The notes below the pieces were generated by a model. The model did no database searches. It saw only the letters and a list, made by a program, of their open reading frames with translations, and was not told where the DNA came from. The position numbers and the translations under genes are program-made. Positions 26,508 through 36,937 of a stretch of DNA of 64,000 bases are shown in pieces (position 1 is the stretch's first letter; every line of letters starts with the position of its first letter). Location of the stretch: positions 50,585,954 through 50,649,953 of the forward strand of contig JARDVH010000031.1 in the NCBI GenBank assembly GCA_030324005.1, read 5' to 3'. This stretch comes from Negaprion brevirostris. Lineage: Eukaryota.

Positions 26508-27824
26508 TTACATTTCAAATTCCTGGAGCATCTTTTCCACTGTTTTATCTACTTCATCATCCAGTTCATTTCCCATTTCCAATAAATTCATTCTCTCTCC
26601 ATGATCTACTGCGGACATTTTCTTTGTTAGTGTTGTTTCAATAAGCCTTGGGATCAGTCCCCTCACACAGGGGATTATGCAGCGTCCCACTGTTATCAAT
26701 ACTCCTGCCACTATTATTAAGGAGGCTAGTACTGACACCACCATTCCTTTCCATTTTCCAAACCAGGACTCCAACCAGTCAGTGAATACGTTGTTTACCC
26801 CAGAGTTTTCTGCTATTTCCTCTGCTAAGGTTGTTAGTCCTCGTAGGGCTCGGGTTATAGAGCCATCAGGGGCCGTATTGTTTGGGATGAAGGTACAACA
26901 CTTTCCCCCCAACATTACACACACACCCCGTTTCTCTGCTAACATCGTATCTAGTATTGTTAATGAACCTTTGTTGGCTATAATATATGTAATTTATCCA
27001 ATCCACATTCTTATTTACTGTTACCCACCAAAGCAAAGATTCAAATCCAGCCGTAATCTGATTCCGGGCTTTGAATTCATCCGGGACTCCCCGAGGCACT
27101 CCTATGGGATCTAGGTATATCTTTCCATCAAAAGAAGTTCCTATCACTGACCTCTTGTTTTTCCTGATCGTTTTGGATCCTTCAAATGCCAGGGTAAATG
27201 GTATAGCCAATTGGACAATTGCACATGTTCCACTGGGGGTAGTGTTGGCCTCAGTACCCTTCCTCCACAATACCACCATATATCTGCTCTGGGGATTTTC
27301 AATGATGAATAGTTCCCTCCCATTCCGTTCTCTGTAATGCTCCTGACCTCTGAGCATGATTCTAACTCCCCCATACTATGAGTTAACTCTGTTCCTTGTC
27401 GGTTCACACATGAGGTGTGATTCACAACAGCAGTGAGGAACTGAGGGGGAGTTTTTAAGTTCTTTGCTTTCATGGGAGGGACCATCAGGGATAGGGATGT
27501 GCAGTTTGGGTTGCCCCATGCTCTCTTTTCTTGATACAGGGCCAACATGCACGCCATACCTCTTCTGTCGCGTTTCCATCCCAGAGGGAAGGGTACTATT
27601 TGAGCTACCGGCCTCCCAGATGCACAGGCATAGCAATTGCTTTTATTTAAGCTTTTCACAGTGTATTTGACCCATTCTACCCAGGCATTGGTCTCCTCAC
27701 ATCCAGTCTCTATTTCAAGGGCTTGTTTCAGGTTGTTTGCCTCTACCACTCTTACCGCCCTTGGGTCGTTTTGAGGGACCTTCTCATTCTGGTCAGGTGA
27801 TTTCAGATTTTTATCTGCGTAGAT
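26508..27824 (-). pseudogene. env: Gamma-type envelope glycoprotein (partial SU + TM), frameshifted and deleted
   Basis: CXXC (NCYAC), furin site RKNKR/S, NKNVDWINYIYY, CX6CC (CVMLGGKCC), hydrophobic TM (MVVSVLASLIIVAGVLITVG); split over three frames. Confidence 0.9.
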
Positions 27825-28001
27825 TCAAAAAACAACATTTCAATTTGCTAGCTTTCCCTCCTTCCTTTACTTTAACTCCAAACACTGCTATTGGCTGGCC
27901 CATCCAACCGACTCTAACCCTACTCTTGTCACCTATCAGGAGAGAACTTAATTCAAAACAGTTCTTTTCCCGCGCTCACGCCGCTACTAAAAATTGATTA
28001 C

Positions 28002-28139
28002 TCAGAATCTTTTAAATTTCAGCTTCAGAGATTCTTCAGCCGGCTCCGTGTTGGAGTTGTCTGGGGGTTTTACCAGCCCCTTGATTCTAGTGTGATGTGT
28101 CCACCCGTTCTCAGCAGTCCTGATTGCTGTCTCAGTTGT
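28002..28139 (-). pseudogene. pol: Retroviral integrase C-terminal tail
   Basis: TTETAIRTAENGWTHHTRIKG...LKLKFKRF*, a gamma-type IN C-terminal motif. Confidence 0.8.
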
Positions 28140-28209
28140 CCTGACTTTAGGCTATTTCTCTATGGTGTGCAGGTATATGTGTTAACAGCATCTTTACCTG
28201 TTGCTCACA
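28140..28209 (-). repeat. ERV 5' LTR stub (first 70 nt)
   Basis: Direct repeat of 26458-26389, four transitions. Confidence 0.85.
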
Positions 28210-28310
28210 TCTAGTCCTGCTATCCTTTCTAAGCAGGAAGAATCTCTCTACCTCTACCCTATCCATCTCCTTCATTATCTTATACGTCTCTATAAGATCC
28301 CCCCAGAGAT

Positions 28311-29195
28311 CAGAAGGAGGCCCATTGTGTCTGCGCTGACTTTCTGAGCATTTCACCTTGTACCCTTCACCTACCTTCTCCCCGTATGCCTGCACTTTGC
28401 TTCTTTTCCAATAATCATCTAATTTCCTCTTGAAATGCTTGATTAAGCCTGCCCCCATCAAACTCTCAGGCAGACCTTAACTACCCACTATGTGAATAGG
28501 TTTTTTACATATTGTTTTTGTTTCTTTTATCAATTACCTTCCATCTGTGTCCTCTGGCTCTTGACCCTTTTGCCAATGGGAACAGTTTCTCCCTAGCTAC
28601 CCTCTCCAGGCTCCTCATGATTTAGATCGTTTGCCAAAATGTTTTCCTTAGACACATTTTCACTCAGCATTTTTGTAATCGAGGAACAGAGTCCTAACTT
28701 CTCCAGCCTATCTTCAGAACTGTGGAATCATTCCACAATTCTGATGATGGGTGGCACGGTGGCACAGTGGTTAGCACTGCTGCCGCATAGTGCCAAGGAC
28801 TCGGGTTCAATTACCAATTTGGGTTGCTGTCTGTGCAGAGTCTGCAGGTTCTCCCTGTGTCTGTCTGGGTTTCCTTTGGGTGCTCCGGTTTCCTCCCACA
28901 TTCTGAAAGACGTGCTGGATATGTGCATTGGCCATGATAAATTCTCCCTCAGTTTACCCGGACGTGTGCCAGAGTGTGGCAACTAGGGAATTTGCACAGT
29001 AACTTCACTACAGTGTTAACGTAAGCCTACTTGTGACAATAATAAATAAATCTTAAAACATTTTCATAAACCTTTTCTTCGCTCTCTCCAATATTTTCAC
29101 ATCCTTCCTAAAATGTGGTGTCTAGAACTGTGTGCAGTACTCCAGCTGAGAGAAACTAGTGTCTTATTACAAGCTCAACATAACCAGCTCTTGTA
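28311..29195 (-). mobile_element. Outer CR1 3' fragment (tail at 26179-26208), interrupted by the inner CR1/ERV and by a SINE
   Basis: ACAGAATCATTACAGCACAGAA | GGAGGCCCATT continuity across the insertion; KHFKRKLDDY RT C-terminal remnant. Confidence 0.65.
28751..29052 (+). mobile_element. V-SINE, second-tail subfamily
   Basis: GGCACGGTGGCACAGTGGTTAGC head; GCCTACTTGTGACAATAATAAATAAA tail. Confidence 0.85.
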
Positions 29196-29571
29196 CTTTA
29201 TTTCTATCTCCTCAGCCATGTCTGACTCCACTCTGCCTCAGCTCATTTGTTGCCAAAACCCTTATCCCTTTCCTTGTTACCTCTAGACTTTAATATTTTA
29301 ACATGCTCCTGGCTGGTTTCCAATATTTTACCCTCGATAGACTGGAGCTTATCAAAATCTTTGTTTTATTACTTAAATCTAAGCCTGTATCACTTCTCAA
29401 CCCTATCTGTGCTCATTGACCTCAATTTGCTCCAGATCTGGAAATATGTACTTTTAAAATTTTCCCTCCATCTTTTCACTCTTCCCCACTTCTGCAATTT
29501 CCTCCAGCTCCATAACCCTCGGAGGTACCTGTGTACATCCTATACTGACCTTGTGAGCATCCCTGATTTTA

Positions 29572-30235
29572 GTTTGATTTGATTTATTATTGTGACATGT
29601 ATTAACATACAATGAAAATAATTGTTTCTTGCGAGCTATACAGACAAAGCATACTGTACATAGGGAAGGAGAGAGTGCAGAATGTAGTATTACAGTTATA
29701 GTTAGGGTGTAGAGGAAGATCAGTTTAATATAAGGTAGGTCCATTCAAAAATCTGATGACAGCTGTTCTTGAGTCAGTTGGTAAGTATCCTGAGACTTTT
29801 TTATCTTTTTCCCGACGGAAGAAGGGGAAGAGATTATGTTTGAAGTGTTTGGGGTCCTTGATTATATTGGCTGCTTTTCTGAGGCAGCGGGAAGTGTAGA
29901 TAGAGTCAATGGGTGATAGGCTGATTGGAGTGATGGACTGGACTATGTTCACAGCACTTTGTAGTTTCTTGTGCAGAGCAGGAGCCATACCAAGCTGTGA
30001 TACAACCAGAAAGAATACTTTCTATGGTGCATCTGTAAAAGTTGGTGACAGCTGTAGCTGACATGCTAAATTTCCTTAGTCTTCTGAGAAAGTAGAGGAA
30101 TTGGTGGGTTTTCTTAACTATAGCGCTGGCATGGGGGACCAGGACAGGTAGTTGGCGATCTGGACACCTAAAAAATTGACCATTTCTACTTCATCCCTGT
30201 TGATGTAGACAGGGGTATGTCCTCCACTACACTTA
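29572..30235 (-). mobile_element. Rex1/Babar LINE 3' fragment
   Basis: KKLQSAVNIVQSIT...SIYTSRCLRKAANIIKDP.H...IRFLN RT C-terminus; (ATCAA)n tail. Confidence 0.8.
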
Positions 30236-30370
30236 TTAGTTATTGCACCCACTGCTGCCTTCAGCTATAAGCCTGAAGCTCCAAAACTGTCTCCTCCACC
30301 TCTCTACTTCTCTTTCCTCCTTTGAAAAGTTCGTTAAAATTTACCTCTTTGAGCAAATGTTTGGCCATCT

Positions 30371-32307
30371 TGTTACTTACATCTGATTGTATAATTTGCA
30401 TGTTTTAGAATATAACTTGTTTTGAGGAATACAACTTTTCGCTTGGAGGTTAAACTGTTAAACATGCATTAAATGGAAATATCTGGCTGAGAGGCTGATA
30501 AGCAACCCTGAAACAAACATAATTCAGAAAGACCTGGGGCTGGCTTTTATATTGCCCTTAAAATGGATTTGAAGGTGGGTTGTTTGTAAAATGCAGCATG
30601 TGGCCTGCCTGCCACTTACCAGCCTGCCTCTGTGTGGGGAGGTGGAGGCACCTGGTGGCCAGCATGCTCTTGGATCTATTGAGACTCCTAAGGGCTTCAT
30701 CCAGTGCCTGCTGCTATTTCATCTGTGGCAGGGGCAGGTTCACACCAAGCAGATAGCCTGCTGGTTTTAACCACACAGGATGGTGCCAGGCAAAGGAGGG
30801 ACTTCTTTTGTGGGTTCCCTGGGCCCAATGAAACCATCTTCTCAACCAAGTGTATTACCCTCCAGAGCAGGCTCTCAAATCCATTCCCCTCACCCATCTC
30901 ACTGGGTCTGCCAGCTTCCTCTGCTGATATCCCAGACTTACTTCAGTGTCCAGGCTCTATTAGCCTCTCTTCTTAGGGACTATCTGCAGTCCCAACAGTG
31001 ACCACAGCTTGATAAAGTTAGTAATGATACTGCTGAGTCTTCAGAGCTGTCAGGCATCTGATTGATTGTTGGTTCTCTAAGGCAGGATCTCCCCCTGAGC
31101 TAGGGGGCAGAGGTATCACCATGCAATAATTAATGGTGTTCTCAGTGTTAAATTACTGTAAGCAAACAGACAGGATGGGCCCCACCATCCCTGACCTTTT
31201 AGCCGGAGGGTGGGTTTTGGGGCGGGGAGGGGGGGGACATGAACAATGGAAGACCCAGCTCTAGACTCTTGGTAGAGCCAGGTGTCTATTGTTATCTCAA
31301 TAAAATAAGCTAAAACTAGCAATCCAGTGAAAGAGACTCTAAACTCTATTACAGATATAAATTATTCATATGGATCACAAAATCAATGAGTGATCTGAAA
31401 ATGACAGGTAATTGGTTTGCATTTTGGTTTGTATACTACATTGTCATGAAGATGGACTATGGGGGGTTAGATGGTTCCTTTGTTTAATTTATCTGGATGT
31501 TTCTCACAGAAGACAGTTGCAGCTTTTGTCTTGTGCAAGCAACAGCTCACTAAGTTGGGGGTGCGAAAGGATGTAATTGTTAGACAGACCTGCATCTTAA
31601 ACAGAGAAAATATTAACTTTATCATTCAGCACATGGAATGTGGGTAGATGCTTCAGCTTAGTTTGGAGACATGAAGTTTATCTGGGGGGAAATGTGGCTG
31701 AAGATTTGCTGAGTTTGAAGTCTGAGGAAGAAATCTATGGTGACCCTCACAGGGAAAGTGAGTTAGTAGTGCAAAAACTTGAACAGTTAGCTTGAAAAGA
31801 CCTCTAAAGAACTTAAGGGAGTAAATCAGGAAAAAACAGTTTTCATCTGCCCAAAGCCAGAACAAGAAGACAGTGAAGCAAGCTTGAGTTGACAAAGCCA
31901 CAGTCGTGAAGATCTGAGGAGCAATTGGAAGAAATCTTAGATAAATGGAAGAATCATCATGAGATTTTTGTACCTTGGAGAATATCTGGAACAGGAAATA
32001 TAAATTAAAGTGAAACCTGGAGGGCTGTTACATATTTTTGGCCTGGTGCCAGGAGAAGTAAATGAACTTTCATCATTTCGTAAGGTAAGTTAACTCTTGG
32101 TGGAAGTAATAAGTGGAAGTGAGTTTATAGCATATGTTTTTATAATCCATGTGAAGTTAATGGTGCTTGCTTTGATTAATTTTTTTAATGCACAGTAAAA
32201 GTTGTTTTTGTTTAAGAAAGTGAAATCTTGATGGCACTGTTCAGTCAGTTAATTATTGTGTTTGGATTTCTCTTTAAACATTAATTGTCTCTATAAGGAT
32301 TATGACA
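30371..32307. mobile_element. Solo LTR with 4-bp TSD, containing a MITE (~30536-31262)
   Basis: TGTTAC...ATGACA termini; ATCT at 30367-30370 and 32308-32311; interrupts L2. Confidence 0.7.
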
Positions 32308-32783
32308 ATCTGCCCTAATATCTCCTTATGTATTATATTTCATTTTATAACATTCCTGTGAGGTGTCTTCTTTTATTACATTAAAGGTACTATCTAATAC
32401 AAGTTGTTACTGGATTTCTCATAAGACTGATAACAATTAATAATAAATGATAAATAATATCATCGCCAGAAGTAGAACTCATTTCTTTGTCAATGGCTTG
32501 AATACAGTTAACACAGCTTTGATGGCAAGAGAGAGACCAAAAGACAGAGATAGACAGAGAGAGAAAATAAGAGGCAGAGAGACAAAGCAAAGAAGCTGAA
32601 ACTTGGAATTTTACACCCTGCACTGTAACTGAATTCCCTCAACCCTGGAACCATTCTCATAAATTCTTCTTGCATCCTCTCTAAAGTCTTCACATCCTTC
32701 CTAAAGTGTAGTGCCCAGAATTAGAAACAATGCACTCCTATTTTATGAAGTTTCATCAGAATCTCCTTACTTTGGTATTTTAT

Positions 32784-33145
32784 AAGTCCCATAACGCCAG
32801 GTTAAAGTCCAACAGGTTTATTTGGTACCATGAGATTTCAGAGCGCTGCTCCTTCATCAGGTGAGTGAAGTGTTGGGTTCACAAACACGGCATATATTGA
32901 CAATTGCAAGACAATGATTGGAATGCAAGTCTTAACCGGTAATCAACCCTTTACAGGTACAGACAATGTGAGTGGAGAGAGGGATAATCGCAGGTTAAAA
33001 AGGTGTGAATTGTCTCAAGCCAGGACAATTAGTAAGATTTTGCAAGCTCAGGCAAATGGTGGGATTACTCATAGTGTGACATGAACCCAAGAACCTGGTT
33101 AGACCACGCATGCGGAACTTGATTATCAGTTTCTGCTCGGTGATT
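32784..33145 (-). mobile_element. Penelope-like element 3' end with hammerhead-like motif
   Basis: QRKITEQKLIIKFR...GL GIY-YIG C-terminal remnant; CTGATGA...GAAA motif at 32860-32836. Confidence 0.7.
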
Positions 33146-33339
33146 TTTCTTTGGTACTCTATGGGATTTATAAAGTCCAAGATGCCACATACCTTTTTAA
33201 CTGCTTTCTTTACCAACCCTCCCAACCTCAATAATTCATATCCATATGCTTCTGAGGCCCTCTGTTCTGAGCAAAAATTGCACCCTTTTTTTAATTTTGC
33301 TCTTGTCATTCTTCTCACCAAATTATATCACTTTATATC

Positions 33340-33857
33340 ATTACAAATATAACGTTTATAAGATTGTTATGTTTTGGGAATGGCTCAATCCCAGGGAAGT
33401 GTCAGGTTTATATATAGAGAGAGAAAATACAGGTGGGAACTTATGTTTGGGTTTGAAGAGGGTTTAAACAAAACTGGAAGATATGACTAGCTTTGGCTAG
33501 AGGGAAGGATCTTCTGTTTTTTCTTAACGTGAATATCGGTTTTGGATAGCTGGAAAAGGAAAAATGAGCTGCCAACAGTTCTGGTCTGGTTCCTGGAGAA
33601 TCGAGTTCCTCCTTAAGGGATATAATAACATACAACCATGAATAGAGACTTTTGATTGTTTTAAATGTTAGATGGGGGAATCTTTTCTGCACTTCAATGT
33701 CTGAATTCTCCCATTGGCATAGTGTTTCATCAATGTTGTTTTTAGTTTGTTACAGTAAAACTCTTAAAATTTGAAATCTTGTTGTGTGGTCTTTTCAGTC
33801 ATTTACTGGAAGTTTGAATTTTTAAAAAAACTATTGATCTGTATAGAGATCGTAACA
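33340..33857. mobile_element. Second, shorter LTR-like remnant related to 30371-32307
   Basis: Shared right end (CAGTAAAA...GAAATCTTG...GATCGTAACA); TATC on both flanks. Confidence 0.45.
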
Positions 33858-34261
33858 TATCTCTCTGTGTAATCTCATCTTCTACTTCTCTGGCTATTCC
33901 ACAAATCTGCCCGGGCCTTCTTGAAGGTGATCACTTTCCTCTGTAATTCACTGCAAAATTCAAAGCCACAATTGTCATTTTTTATATAGTAGGCTGATTT
34001 TTCACCATTAGATAGCCAAACCTGCAGCAAATTGAGAAACAGAGAAAAAGAAGTGGTTGGAGTATTGGAGTGTATATGGAGGAACTGGTAGATATGACTG
34101 TGGTCCTACATCACCATCATTGGTGGGAGGTTATTATTACAGCTTAACAACTTTGTATTGGTAAACCACATAAGAACTTATAACAGAAAATTTGAAGCAC
34201 AACTGACACAAATGTAAGGTGTTTAGACTGTAAGTGGACAAAAATCCTCAAGACTTTTAAT

Positions 34262-34472
34262 AAAGTAAAATCACCACTGTTCCAGATGACCAATGGGCTG
34301 CTCTCCCCTTCAAAGATGGTGATTTAATCTGAGGATGACCCCACCTTAGGCAAGGGTCAAGATTGAGAAGGTGAGGTCTTCATAGATAACCTCAGCTGAT
34401 ACGGGAATTGAACCCATGCTGTTGGCATTACTGTACACTATAAACCAGCCATTCAGCCAACTGAGCTAACTT
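34262..34472 (-). mobile_element. tRNA-derived SINE, third family
   Basis: GTTAGCTCAGTTGG A box, GGGTTCAATTCCC B box, ...ATTTTACTTTA tail. Confidence 0.7.
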
Positions 34473-34802
34473 TGGCACCATATTAGTATATTACTAATGA
34501 TCTCCAGTGGTATTGCACATGATCAGTCAAGAACATATGCAATCTTCAGATGAAGTTGTGTTAGTGGGAAGGAAATTATTAGGTGGAGGCACTCAGATAT
34601 AATTTAGTTCCCAATTTACAAAGATACTTTTTTGCATTTTCATATATAGCTTTGATTTAGAGCATTTGTAGTTAAATGTACTCAAATACAAAAGGTGCAG
34701 TATGTTATGAATCGTTTTATAGATTCAAGATTCTATTTTCAACTTCAATTTCATCCGCCTACCCCAAATCTCGCCAGTGCTATTTCCACTTCCCAATCAT
34801 GG

Positions 34803-35143
34803 TGGCATTGTGGTACAGTGGCCACTATTGCCACACAATGCCAGGGACCCAGGTTCAATTCCGGCCTTTGGTGTCTATCCAGAATTTTCACATTCTCCCC
34901 ATGTCAGCGTGGGTTTCCTCCGGGTACACTGGTTTCCTTCCACAGTCCAAAAATGTGCAGGTTAGGTGGATTGGCCATGCTAAATTGTCCCTTAGTGTCC
35001 CAAGATGTATCGATTAGGAGGAGTAGCCATGGTAAATGTGTAGAGCTATGGGGATAAGGCAAGGTGCTCTGTCGGAGAGTCAGTGCAGTTTCAATGGGTT
35101 GAATGGCTCCTTCTGAAATCTGGGTATTCTATGATTCTGTTCT
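34803..35143 (+). mobile_element. HE1-like V-SINE (CR1-type tail)
   Basis: Head, core and ATTCTATGATTCT tail. Confidence 0.8.
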
Positions 35144-35205
35144 ATGGAGTTTATTTCCAAATCCAGACAAAGGCCAGTTTACTTTGTTCATTAGTGGTAA
35201 ATGGA

Positions 35206-35503
35206 TTGCACAGTGGCATAGTGGTTAACACTGCTGCCTCATAGTGCCAGGGACCTGTGTTTGATTCCCGGCTTGGCCACTGTCTGTGTGGCATCAACAG
35301 GTTCTCCTGTCTGCGTGGGTTTCCTCCGGGTGCTCTGGTTTTCTCCCACAACGCGAAAGCTGTGCTGATTAGATGTGTTGGCCGTGCTAAATTCTTCCTC
35401 AGTGTAGCCGAACAGGCACCAGAGTGTGGCAACTAGGGGATTTTCACAGTAACTTCATTGCAGTGTGAATGGTAAGCCTACTTGTGACACTAATAAATAA
35501 ACT
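35206..35503 (+). mobile_element. V-SINE, second-tail subfamily
   Basis: AACTTCATTGCAGTG...CTTGTGACACTAATAAATAAA tail. Confidence 0.85.
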
Positions 35504-36874
35504 TTTGAAAAGTTAACGAATCTTTGAATATTCTGTCAACAACTACAGCCTTTTGTTATTCAAAATACCTTTCAAATATAACAATGAAACTAACTATAGT
35601 TTTATTTCNNNNNNNNNNNNNNNNNNNNNNNNNATTCAGGAAAATCATTCTTGTTTATTTACAGATCTTTGTACATTTCTCTACTCTACACGAGGCTGTA
35701 CTTCTGTTTTCCACCAGATTTCGGTTATTTAATCATGTGATATTCCATCATTGCTACATCAATAGTTACATCAGTTATCAGGTGCTCCTGATGTTAATCT
35801 TTTACTCTACATCTCCCCTCGTCCACTAACTACCCCCCGCCCCGAGTCCCACAACATCTCAAGGCCGGATTTTATGCCCCCTCCCCCCCCAGCCCAGCCC
35901 CACAACCTCTCAAGGTGGGATTTTATGGTCGCGCTCAGCCCAAAACCAGAAAGGCCAACAGACTTCTGCTTGGGCCAACCCTGCCCACCATGATTTCTGT
36001 GACAGGCGGGATGGGACAGAACGGGAACATTCTGGCCTCAGACTTCATTTGGTTAGTCTTTGAGGTACCTTGATCAATCTCTCTCATCTAGATCAGATTT
36101 CATTTCAAGATTGAGAGTTAACTGCATTATCATGTTGTTTGATAGAAATATCTTACACCTGGATGGTTGTAGAGTTTTCTTTACAACAACTAAGCATAAA
36201 TCTTTATACTCATAACATCTGTATGGTGCCTTTCTCAACCTCAAGCAATTCCAAAGTGCTTTCTAGCCAGTTAAGCTAGAAATGTAGTCACTGTTATAGT
36301 ATAGGAAAAATATACTAGTACTCATACATTGATATATTTGGGCCTCCACTGAGGAATAAAACAAAAATAGAGTTACAATAGCATTTATATAGATAAATAT
36401 CCTTAAGGGTTTTAACGTTGAATATGTTCATATTGCAGAGAATTGGGAGACCAGGTGATCACAGCAAAAACAAGGCTACAATGTGTGTTTATATTTTTAA
36501 ATAAGGATAACAAGGGATATGGAGGAAAGTTGGGAAAATGGCGGTGTGGTGCAGATCATTCTTATCCAATGGAATTACAGAGCAGGATGAGAGGCTGAAT
36601 AGCTTACTCTTGTTACTAAAGTTCCTACATTCCACAATTAATGGACATTTTAAAATCATAGGGCAGAATTTTATAGTTCCCTGTCAATGGGGGCTGAGGG
36701 CTATACATTCTGGGTGATCTTTTTGGTGCTCTGTCCCTGATCCACCTGCAACTTTCCATGAGGCAGGCAGAGCAAAGTGTTCACTTCCACCCTCAGCCTC
36801 CATTTTGAGGTCAGTGGGAGGAGTTCAAGTATAGGGGGGAAGCGAGGCAGGGCATCTGTGGGTTTTGAGTCTAA

Positions 36875-36876
<2 letters not shown>

Positions 36877-36934
<58 letters not shown>
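36877..36934. repeat. (GT)29 microsatellite within a MITE-like element (~36660-37400)
   Basis: Perfect dinucleotide run. Confidence 0.95.

Positions 36935-36937
<3 letters not shown>

Larger units (their letters stand above)
26382..28209 (-). mobile_element. Internally deleted gamma-like endogenous retrovirus (HERV-I-related)
   Basis: 5' LTR stub 28209-28140, integrase tail, env, PPT, and 3' LTR from 26458 running into an N gap. Confidence 0.9.
26209..28310 (-). mobile_element. 5'-truncated CR1 3' end hosting the ERV
   Basis: GDLIETYKIMKEMDRVEVERFFLLRKDSRTR at 28305-28210; CR1 tail with (TTCTTATG)n at 26209-26281; CAGAA duplicated at 26204-26208 and 28311-28315. Confidence 0.75.
29200..32410 (+). 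mobile_element. L2 LINE 3' part in three pieces (29200-29571, 30236-30370, 32308-32410)
   Basis: L2 3' sequence resumes across the Rex1 and LTR insertions; ends ...AAAGGTACTATCTAATACAAGTTGTT. Confidence 0.6.
32620..34010 (-). mobile_element. Fragmented CR1 LINE
   Basis: KTLERMQEEFMRMVPGLREFSY and VKKVCGILDFI remnants. Confidence 0.6.

Noticed and set aside
26677-27670. Plus-strand ORFs of 68-145 aa over the ERV
   Set aside because: Antisense shadows of env with no recognisable motifs
26508-27824. Domesticated syncytin-like env gene
   Set aside because: Two frame disruptions, deleted heptad/ISD start, no signal peptide or SU N-terminus
28751-28830. tRNA genes at SINE heads
   Set aside because: A/B boxes are followed by SINE core and LINE-like tails; these are multi-copy and diverged
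34676-35057. Recurrent 60-120 aa ORFs with WVSSG/HSPKMCRLG/AQWLALL words
   Set aside because: Chance translations of HE1-type SINEs
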